This document shows, in pieces, positions 35,452 through 45,696 of a DNA stretch of 64,000 nucleotides. The stretch covers positions 9,238,001 through 9,302,000 of the forward strand of contig OZ281494.1 of NCBI GenBank assembly GCA_965637545.1, written 5' to 3'. The notes beneath the pieces were generated by a model. That model was not told the DNA's origin and ran no database searches. It saw only the letters and a program-made list of their open reading frames with translations. The translations under genes and the position numbers were made by a program. Within the stretch, counting starts at the first letter, position 1. Each line of letters opens with the position of its first letter. Source of the DNA: Phallusia mammillata. Taxonomy: Eukaryota.

Positions 35452-36884
35452 GATATATTTTTGCTTCGAACGTGTAATATTTAAAACCTAATGAATTATA
35501 AACTGAGTTGTTGCCTCCTTTCCTCTTAAAATATCATTGCCTCTTAAAAATTATTGCCTATTTTTTTGCTTATTGGCGTCAAATCCCTTCAGTGGCTCCA
35601 TCTAACCACGGTTAAGAACGACTGTTTAAGGTATTTAAAAGTAATTAGTCCCGCATGCTGTGAACACTGCTGGGTTCATAACGCTGCTCAAATCTTTTGA
35701 CTGTGTCAACACAGTTGTTCAATGTGCGTTTCTTAGCACATAGCCTAGACCAGCTTACAGCAAACCCCTTGTTTTGGGTTAGGAGCTGAAACTTACAGAC
35801 TGAATCGTGTCATATGAAGTACCAAAAACTTTATCCTTTCTGACATATGGCATTCAAATTCCAATGTTTGCAAACGTTCTGGAGGTTTCTCTGCAACAAA
35901 CCATCGTTAACAAATTACTTTGAACTATAGTCGACATGCTGAAAAATCTTGTGCATTTGGAGGCCATTAAAAACATTGCAAAATCTTGCTTCTTGCACAC
36001 CAGCGCACGGCGGTTTAATTCGCTAGAGTCAAAATAAGCGCCTTGTTCATGTGAATCGATAATGAACCAGGTATTTTTCTACTTTAACTAACGCAACAAG
36101 TCAAAACAACAAAACTGACAAATAAAATTCCATACCAATTCCATGTTTACCGATGTGTTTAAAGAATACGATTTGCAACTCTCCAATACTAACTTAAACT
36201 TTAGTTTAAGAAAAAAGGTCTCTAGCCAAACAGATCGAATTGTTTTGTGTTACCAACTGCACATTGGTGTGTATCCAATTATTAGCTTTATCCATCAGCT
36301 TCACCCTCTAAGGTACAAACAACACCTGTTGCAAAGTAGGTCTAGGTAGGCTACTGCAATTTCCTCATTCATCAAACTGACAATTAAAACGCCATTCACT
36401 TCAGGAAATCCCGTCGGTGTTATGAGGATATACAACGACGAGAAAGTTGTACAAGGTGGCCTATACAGCAAATATGTAGACAACTAGCCTACTAATTAAT
36501 GCACAAGCTTGCATTAATTGATCATCTGGGCTTGCATGAACTGGCAATTTACTGCCGAGACGATACTATAGCCTACTGCCTAATATTTAAATCAAACTTT
36601 AAGAAGAAAACGATCTTGGTCACGACATAAACATAATTACAATGTCTTGTTCGCACAATAACTCCTACATAGACTGAACAAGAAAAATATCTAGAAATAG
36701 TTAAAACATTTTTTTTGAACAAATTAAATGTTCTTCCACAGATATTAGCCATAAAGTTCCACCAAGCCACTGTGGTAAAACCGTGCTTCCTATCGGGTTT
36801 GGTTTCATTTTCCCGCTGCACGATCTTCTTGTTTCAGAGACTTTGAAGAAGTGTTTTTATCATTTTTGAGTAAGTCTGCAAAAA

Positions 36885-37118
36885 CAGTGGTCGGCAACCG
36901 CCGGGCCGCATACTTTTTCTGGTTAAATGCATTTTAAAACATTTTGCCCATGTGTCCCGGGGATGATAAACTAATTTTTCATTGCTGAATATCATTTGGC
37001 GTTTCATTGCTGAATAGGCGTTTTCATTGCTGAATATCATTTGTTTTTTGAACGCCGGTCCGTGATAAATTTTCAGTTTCAAAACGGTCCCCTGTACATA
37101 AAAGGTTGCCGACCCCTG
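36885..37118. mobile_element. hAT MITE (family of about 220-235 bp)
   Basis: TIR CAGTGGTCGGCAAC / GTTGCCGACCCCTG; TSD TGCAAAAA/TGCTAAAA. Confidence 0.85.
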
Positions 37119-37265
37119 TGCTAAAAGTCAACCTGGCGTTTTTTTGTTTCTTTTTTGTTTTTGTTTCATTGAAACTTGTACTTCCTTTATCCCGAAGCTT
37201 CTGTGATAGGAAGTATTTGCAAAAAGTGGATGTAGCTGATTCAGTAATTAATGGACTACCTAAAG

Positions 37266-37481
37266 CAGTGGTCGGCAAACGCCGGTCCGCGAGAAGTTTG
37301 TTACCGGGCCGTATAGTTTCCTGGTTAAATGCTTCGAAACAATTTCCACGTGTATCCCGTGGTTGATAAACTAATTTAAGCGTCGTTATTGACAAGTATT
37401 TGTAGTTTTTTGAATGCCGTTACGCGATATAATTTCAGTTTCAAAAACGGTCCGCAGTACAAAAAAGGTTGCCAACCCCTG
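37266..37481. mobile_element. hAT MITE, same family as 36885-37118
   Basis: TIR CAGTGGTCGGCAA / TTGCCAACCCCTG; perfect TSD ACCTAAAG. Confidence 0.9.
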
Positions 37482-37862
37482 ACCTAAAGGATGCAAACTT
37501 CAGAGCAATGAACATAGTTGATGAAACTGTTAAGGTCAAACGGAATTAGAGTTTCGTTTTCCCTCTCTTGCTGTTATAAGAACGACTGTGTTGGGTAGCT
37601 GACATTACTCTGATAAACACGCCCCGTGTAGGATGTCGAAACGTCGATGACTTGTTTACATTTCTCGAATGAACATTTCTCTATAAGAAAAATTCTATAA
37701 CCATTATAACTTTAAACATTTTCAAATTGTGAGTAAAAAAAATCTTCGCTTGCCATTTTTCTGCGCAGTAATGCTAACGCTAATGGTGTATGTTTTGATA
37801 AGTTAAACAACTCCATGATATACATTGCATCTCGCATCGCAAATTGCAGAAATCGTCTAATA

Positions 37863-38130
37863 CGGGGGTGTGCAACCTTTGTTACTGTGGGGCCCAACAC
37901 AATTGCCAAATTTAGATCGCGGGTAACTAAGTCAAAAGTCTGTGTCAAGTGACTTATTATGATTGTAGCAAAAACTGCAAGCTAAAGCACGTTTTCTCGC
38001 TTTTAAGGTATCGGCCGTTATACTGCCGAAATATCGGACGAGTACCGATACTGCACATAGCATCAGGTATCGGCGCCGACACAATTATACCGGGGGCCAG
38101 TTTTATCAAATGTTTATTCGCGGCCCTTAA
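37863..38130. mobile_element. Truncated or nested hAT remnants
   Basis: One TIR-like end, CGGGGGTGTGCAACCTT, resembling the element at 3414; internal TATCGG/CCGATA repeats; no second end. Confidence 0.4.
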
Positions 38131-38856
38131 TTGAATTGTGCTTTTTTGCGATTTCTAGGAACTGGCGTCAAACCTCTAACAGCTTTATGGAGATTTCAGC
38201 GGCTCTATCACACCCAAGATAAGCACCATGTTTTGAACACTGCTGGGTATGTTGCACTCCTAAAATCATTAGACTGCGGCAACATTTTTACTTTGCGCGT
38301 TCTTAGCACATAGCTTAGACCACCAAACTGCAGTTTGGTAAAAACCGTTTGTTTTGCGTAAAGAGCGCAAATGAAAAACTGGCTCTTAATTTACTCCAAG
38401 TACGACGAACTGTAAGTGATGTTTTCTGATTTATCTCATTGAAAGTCCAATCCTTGCAAACATTCTGGAGGTCCCACTACAGCGAACTCCTGTGACCAGA
38501 TTACTTCGAAACAGCTATTCTACTGATTACACGTCGACATTCTGGAAACATTGTGCAGCAAGTCGGAGGGAATAAAAACGCTGCAAAATCTAACCGCATT
38601 CAAACCAACGCCCGCAGGTTTGGCTTTCCAGCCAAAAGCGCGGCCTTTTATAATTTATTTTTGTCAGACGATAATGAAACCAACCAGTTTGTCTTTCACC
38701 TAATGATCAGATCCCAGACTTATAATTCAAAACAAGTTAAATGTCTTTGAACTAGGAATTTACTTTAATCTTTGTATGTGGTTTGTAAACGGACACTTTA
38801 GCTTTGAGACCCAAGTATAAATGGTCTTTTTATGGTTTAGCACCAACTATGTAGAC

Positions 38857-39091
38857 CAGGGGTCGGCAACCTTTTTTGCACTGCGGACCGTTTTTGAAAC
38901 TAAAATTTTATCGCGGACCGGTCTTCAAAACACTACAAATATTTAGCAATAAAAACGCTTAAATTAGTTTATCATCTCCGGGATACATGGGCAAAATGTT
39001 TTATAGCATTTAACCTAAAAAATTCTGCGGCCCGGTAACGAACTCCTCGCGGACCGGAACCGGGCCGCGGACCGGCGGTTGCCGACCACTG
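38857..39091. mobile_element. hAT MITE, same family as 36885-37118, opposite orientation
   Basis: TIR CAGGGGTCGGCAAC / GTTGCCGACCACTG; flanks ATGTAGAC and ATGTTTTC (partial TSD). Confidence 0.8.
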
Positions 39092-39442
39092 ATGTTTTCA
39101 ATTTTTAAGTGAGAAATTGGCACGCATCAACCCAATTGGGTCAAAATCTGAATAGAATATTGTTGTTTCGTTTTACGGATCCTATCATATATGGTATGTA
39201 TACATCAAAAATTGTTTTCTTTGTCTTTGTATTTAAGCTAAACACGAAAGACGCAAAAATGTTTTTGTTTATGCCACTGCGTTTTGTTTTTACCAACGGT
39301 CCAATTATAAATGTATTTGTAGATTTTTGCGCAAGAGCAGACATAAAGCGAATGTTTAACTTTTTAACGTCAAATCAACACCTTGATCTCAATTGAAGAA
39401 AATCAAATAGCAAGTGAAGATGTGGGATCAACGTGCAATGTT

Positions 39443-42400
39443 TTATTCTTTCACTCGAAGAGCTAAACCTTCTTGATCATCTTCCTTGCATTCGTCTTTA
39501 CCAGGTTTAGGCTGAAAGAGCTGCAAGAATATTTTGTTAGAAATATTGAAATGTGTCCACTCCATAGACAATGCACGTGTACATGTGCATAGCAAAAAAA
39601 TTGGACGGGACAACAAATAAGTTCTACATTCGGGTTCAATAGAATAAACCGTCTCAATACATTTCGGATTTTTCACAACTTATTATATCAACCTTTAAAA
39701 ATTGTGACTAATTTGTATGTATAGAGCTCCTGTCATCCATACATCGTAAAACCACCTTGTAATAACTAGTAAGCTTAAGTTCATGGGATCTGATATTAAC
39801 AATCAGATTAACGGCTATCTCTACCGGTTTTAGAGCTTCGCTCAAGTAGGTGGGCAAATTGTTTTTATCATTATGTGTGGTTTTATCAAATATGAATTTC
39901 AAATCTAACTCTGCAATTCTTAGAGCCGACTGAAGAAGTCTACTTTGCAAAGCATAGTCTTTTACCTGATATATGTCATCTCCATTTCTGATCGTTTGTA
40001 CAATTTTGTAAATCGCATATCCAGGAATAAATACGAAACACATGACACTGATCAGGTGACCCACAACTTCTGTCCACGGGGGAAACACGTATTCGTTGTA
40101 TTTCAGAGGTTCAATCGTGGAAATGTAGTAGATTGATAACAGCTGTGACATTTCAAAATTGAGATAATTTGACCCCATTGTGAAGTAGCATATTAAATGC
40201 CAGGAAAGATTTTTTTTGCTGGAAAAAATACCACTTGAAACTATAATCGATATTTTACCGCGGTTATTGCAGGACTGACAAACTTCCATGATATCTTAAG
40301 CCATAGTCTTCTTCCCCGATGATCTCCGGTCATTTTGACGATATCTTTCCAATATCTTTCGAACCCGTAGAACCACGCCACCGCCACACACTCGCAAGTT
40401 GTGATCAAGAACCAACACCAACCAGAGTTCGCGTAGCGATTGAGAAGCTCAAATACGTAGACTCCTCCCTGCCACAGTTAGAAGAAAATATATTTAACTG
40501 CGGGTTTGCATTTAAATGTTTACCGTCAGGTTATTTTGGTAAATATGTATTGGATGATTTAATGTTTTGAATGTGCTGCAGCGATGCAGTATAATGATAT
40601 GTAGGCTATTTGCAGTTTGAAAGAAAATCTTGTAGATTCTAAAGAATCTTTAATTTAAATTCAAATTAAACTTCAAAATATCGGGGATGCTTTCTAAGAA
40701 ATTCAGGATTCCCAAGTTGGTTTATCTGCAGAAATATGTTGTCATCTCATTAAACAGTTTAGAAGTAACAAAAATACTTTCTTTCTTCTACCTGTGTAAG
40801 CATTGGTAAGCCAAGAAGCATGAGAAATGTGCAAAGTAAGGCTTGTGAAATCTCTCTTCCGTATCGATGTTGGCGTACCGTTCTAACGTTATCCATCAGT
40901 ACTGCAATAATCGCCTCAAGCACGACAAACTATAAAACAGCTGAAAAGTTTCAGTGAAACTTTTTAAGTTTTCTTTGCTTTGCTTCCCGCCTGTTGTTTC
41001 TTAAAAGAACCGATTTAAGCAACCTACTAGTTTATAGTTTATCGCTTGAACTCGACCAAGCCGTCAGTCATTCAACTCTCGATTAAGCTTTTGATGTGGA
41101 CCAGGCTTAAGTTGGAGACTTTCCACAAAAATCAAATACGAAATACCTGTGAATCAAATCCGAGCAATAATAGTGTCAGGAAGAAAAGTGCGCTCCACAA
41201 CTGCGGAAACGGAAGAAGTGACAATGCTTCAGGATAAGTAACAAACACAAGACCGGGTCCAGATGTTGCCACATCATGAATAGTTGTGTTCTACAAACAG
41301 ATGTGCGGTTTGATCAGCAGAAAGCTTTTATTGAATGAAGGAATTGAACACTTACCTGATATGTTGCCATATAACCAAGAGTTGAAAACACTGCGAATCC
41401 GGCTATAAAACTTGTTAGAAAGTTTCCAACGGCTATTGCAACAGCATCTCTGACAAAAATTTGAAACAAACTATTGTGTTGGAAAGTTAAGTTCCAAGTT
41501 ATTTTAGGCTCGCTGTTTTCTAAAATTGTATTGTTGCATGCCGGTATGTAAGTTAAATCATCAGAACAACGACCTTTAAGTGGATCCCAAGTGTAGGTTA
41601 CTTTTGGATTCGAATTCTTGAATACAACGGCCACACAAGGAACACCCATACGCCCAAACAATTTTTTGTGATGTATTTATCACCGTGTTGGTTGGTGGAT
41701 AAGGTGCTATTGAAAAAGTGGTTTGACTGGACGTTAATTAAGTAAAAATACCTGTGACGCGTTTTCAGAATTTCTGAATCGATTTTGGCAAAGTCAATTT
41801 TGAACAAGTGAACTAGAACATACCGACTATAGTTGTAACTCTAAGTACCCGCGAATTTAAAACCTAAATTACTTATCATGATATATCACCTCCAAAAGTT
41901 GTGATGGTAATTGTTGTAACTTCCGAGAATAATTAATGTGCCCAATCCAGGACCATTCGTGTAGATAACTTGAGAGCAAGCTCCTACCCAAGTCTGCAGG
42001 GAAAAATGATAGTTTACACATGACAGGCGAATGCTTCAATATTGGTTACCGAAATTTCCATTAGCTTTTCGACTTGCGGTGTCAGGTAGAAATATATTCC
42101 ACTCCATGCGCCCTCAAGTGTCGCACTTCGTATTGTTATAACCACGATAAGGAAAACTGGAAGTGTAGCAGTCACATAAACAATCTGTAAAACAGATGGA
42201 AAACTTATGAGCCAAATTCTATTTTCAACAACCCCAAAAAGTAAAGCTTGCGTAACCGATCGTATCTTTACAATTTTCGTTACCTTGGAGGTCCATTTGA
42301 TGCCTTTAAAGGTGCACAAATAGAAGAGGACCCACATTATCACATTGTAGAGTACCAGATCCGATCTAATGCTTCCTACTTCATTGATGCTTGTGGTAAG

Positions 42401-44466
42401 GTTTAACACTTCACTCCTGTATAATGCAATCGGAATAAGTTGTTACAAATTACGTACTTGCCTGTTTGACATGCAAAAATAGTCAAAACCCATCCGGATA
42501 AGTCAAGATATGTTTGAGACCAATTTAACTTTGCGCACCGTTATACATTATTATCGACCTTACAGAGAGACATGTCAAATCAATTGTTTTTACTGTCGTA
42601 GGTGTGTTTTATTTTCTACATCAACTCTAATCGGTCTACTCTAAATAACAACATTAAATCATTTCGTTTGTTTTTAAATGTAATCGGGCGTTTGCTATTT
42701 ATAGTCTTTTTATTCTTACTTCCAATATTCAGTGGCTGCAGATATAGTTTTATTTTTCTGCCCATGAGTGTGATTTAAACTTGAGTTTAGTTGCATTTCA
42801 CCAATCGTTGTGCACGCAGCTGTGTTCCAGGGATTGTCGCATGAAGCCCAGGGGAGCTTTGCAGAAAAACTTTTGACGAAAAATTTGGTTGACCACACCA
42901 AGACGATAGGATAAATGAGCTTCATCAACAACTGAATCACCAATTGAGCGAAGGCAACACCTGCAATGCACACACATTCTAAAAATGAAGCTAAAGCTAT
43001 TCTTGGAGCGAGCGACACTTTTTCAAGTATGTTACCAGTGGTGGGATTCAAATTTTTTGTCGGGTTCTATCACAAAAGTCATATTTTTCAGCCGGTTCTG
43101 TTTACAAAAAGTCCATTGACAGTAACCAGTAATGCTAACCGGTTCGCTGATAGAACCAGTGCGAGCCAGCTGAATCCCACCACCGTATGTTACTGTATAG
43201 GGTAACCACCAAAGCAGTTCGTAATATCCATAGCGTACCATGTCGCCTAAAGCGCCGAATCCATAACATGGAATATAATACAACAGCATAAAGCCCCGGG
43301 ATTACCCAGAATTCGACAGTTTCAAGCGCCTAAAAGTAGACGGATCGGGTGGTATAAAACAAACCAAAAGCACACAAATCAGTATAGCGGTCTCGTCATC
43401 ACAAAAATAATGGATCCTATAGTACTTTAAGAGAAAATATTATCTATTATTTTGGAATTGGTAATAGCGACTTTTTTCCGACACAAGTGATACTACTTCA
43501 ATAAAGGAAGCATAACTTATTACCGGCTTCCCTTTCTTTGAGTGGATCACACTTTGATGAAACGCGGTAATTGACACTCATTAAACAATATGGACAACAA
43601 CACCCTTTGGAATTTTAGAAAACCCAAAATATTTTTACTAGAGCGTTTGTACAGTAAAGTTCGCTTAAACCAAGCTGCAACTACAATGCTCAATGTCAGC
43701 GAAAAAAGTTTTTGCATGTAGTAGCAACTTCGTTACGTGAAAATTAAGCAAAAATTACTAAATTACAAGTCGCACAGTAAACTGCTTCTGTTGTTTGGTT
43801 GAAGCTCAACGGGTCATCTGTTAAGAATTTTATATTTGATAGTGGCATCCCGAGTCCGAATCAATTTTTGTCTCATGGCTTGACGAGTCAAGTCAAGTCT
43901 TTTCATTGCTGAGACTCAAGTCAAGTCAAGTCAAGTATTTAAAAAAGGTGACTTTAGTCGGACACGAGTCGAGTTACTAAATCAAATCTCCCAATCACTG
44001 CATACACGTAACAATTAATGCCATGGATTCCTCTTACTTACGTCGTGTTTTGCACCGTATTCGCTTGAGCATCAATCTCGGATATAGCTACAAGTTTTTG
44101 TCATAATTACCTTTGAAAATAGGGACTTCTGACCAGCTTTTAACCAGTCCCCTCCGCAACTTCTGGCCCAGAGAAATTTCGAGGACGATTAGAGGAACAG
44201 CAATCACTGCACCGAATACCAGGTATGCGACAAGAAATGCACCTATGAAAGCATTTCAATGCTAGTACAAGCTCTCTGCATGATAACTGTTATTTTGTCT
44301 TACCTCCTCCATATTTGAAACACATGTACGGAAATCTCCAAACGTTTCCTAACCCAATAGCGTATCCCAACGCAGCAAATATAAAGTCCCACGATTTCTT
44401 CCATTCTGGTCGCGGCTTCTTTTGGTCAATAGATCGTTGTTTATTACATTTATCCGATGAATACAT
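39443..44466 (-). CDS. SLC6 Na+/Cl- dependent transporter, GABA/taurine/creatine subfamily-like (copy 1, intact), 582 aa
   Basis: 12 exons: 44466-44304, 44242-44111, 42960-42720, 42416-42284, 42184-42050, 41993-41890, 41449-41356, 41290-41147, 40929-40792, 40468-40259, 40142-39966, 39520-39443 (1749 nt, phases consistent). Motifs [59 protein letters not shown]. Confidence 0.92.
43036..43185. mobile_element. hAT MITE in SLC6 intron 2 (also at 49399-49548, 55762-55911, 62125-62274)
   Basis: TIR CAGTGGTGGGATTCA / TGAATCCCACCACCG; perfect TSD TATGTTAC; internal GGTTCTATCA/TGATAGAACC inverted repeat. Confidence 0.9.
43851..43975. repeat. (AAGTC/GAGTC)n pentamer tract, probably a DNA-transposon subterminal remnant (repeated in each unit)
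   Basis: GAGTCAAGTCAAGTC at 43885 and TCAAGTCAAGTCAAGTCAAGT at 43916; no convincing TIR or TSD. Confidence 0.45.
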
Positions 44467-44845
44467 GATAAAATTTATACGCCTCTCACGCGTAAAGTCT
44501 AAAACCAATTGACTGATCCGCCTATAGTACAATTCATTTTAACTTTGCTTGAGCTTGACAGTTCCTTCTTGTCCAAACTCGTAACGTTAGTCTTTAAGCT
44601 TTTATTCACTGCTATCAATTACATTATTGTTTTTTGCGGTTTCAAGGTATTGGCATCGAACCTCCGGTAACTTTTTGCATATACCTGAGCCTGTATTAAA
44701 CCCAAGTTAAAAAGCAGGTCTTCAGAAGCAACAAGGTTATACAACTGCTTATGAGATGTTTTGAACACTGTTGAGTATCTACCACAGCCCTCTCAAATTA
44801 TTCAAGTGATCAAGACATTTTTGTAATACCCATTTTTTTATACGC

Positions 44846-45060
44846 CAGTGGTTCTCAAACTTTTTCTGTTGCGACGCCTCTGGAAAAGTTTTCTGGTCTT
44901 GCGACGCACCAGCAAATAAAAGTTAGTGAGAAAACTTATTATTAAAGTTGTGTTTATTGATACAACCACAAAAAGCCACGAAACGCAACTATTCTGCGAC
45001 GCCCTTGGAAAATTGAAACGACGCACCAGAGCGTCGCGACGCACAGTTTGAGAACTACTG
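44846..45060. mobile_element. hAT MITE in the SLC6 5' flank (also at 51209-51423, 57572-57786, 63935 to the window end)
   Basis: TIR CAGTGGTTCTCAAAC / GTTTGAGAACTACTG; TSD TTATACGC/TCATAGGC (6 of 8 match); internal GCGACGC repeats. Confidence 0.85.
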
Positions 45061-45696
45061 TCATAGGCTATAGCGCATATAGACTATAAATGAAAAAAAC
45101 TGGCGTATATTTATTTTAAGTACGACAAACCGTATCCTTCCTGACCGATCTAATTAAATATCTATTTCTTGCGAACATTATTCTGGAGGTCTCTCTACAA
45201 ACCGTCGTCATCACATTACATTGAAATAGCAATTTTTCCTATTACTGGTCGACATTCTAAGAAATCTTACGCAGGAGGTCGAATGCTACAAAAATGCTGG
45301 AATGTGCGTGCAAAACAACGCCAGCCTGGTTTGCTATCTTATTTATGTAATTGGATAATCAAAACATCAGGCAGTTTTATGTTTCACCTGATGACCAGAT
45401 CCATGCCTTTTAACGCAATAATTCAAAGCAAGTTAAATGTCTTTGAACTATGACTCAGTTGCCGCAATACAATTTTAAACAGTATTAAAATTTAAGATTC
45501 CAACCACTTAGACGTTTTGAACACTGCTGGGTATGTAACAATCCTAAACATATTGAAATCTTTGCAAGAACAGAAATGAAGCGACCAAATGCTTGACTTT
45601 TTGACGTCAAATCAAACCATCATCCCAATAAAAGAAAATCAAATAGCAAGTGAACATGTGGGATTTGTTTAGTCTATATCATCATCGTGCAATGTT

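Noticed and set aside
37610-37650. Third hammerhead-like motif CTGATAA...GGATGTC-GAAACGTC
   Set aside because: Core G8 is mutated, and helix II and helix I do not pair. At most it is a decayed remnant.
39708-40289. 193-aa ORF, the longest in the SLC6 region
   Set aside because: It is SLC6 exon 11 read through its flanking introns, not a separate gene.
43032-43289. 85-aa ORF ([12 protein letters not shown]...) repeated in each unit, as a possible nested gene
   Set aside because: It starts at TTG/non-ATG-like context or within intron sequence, and more than half of it lies in a TSD-bounded MITE. No recognisable domain.
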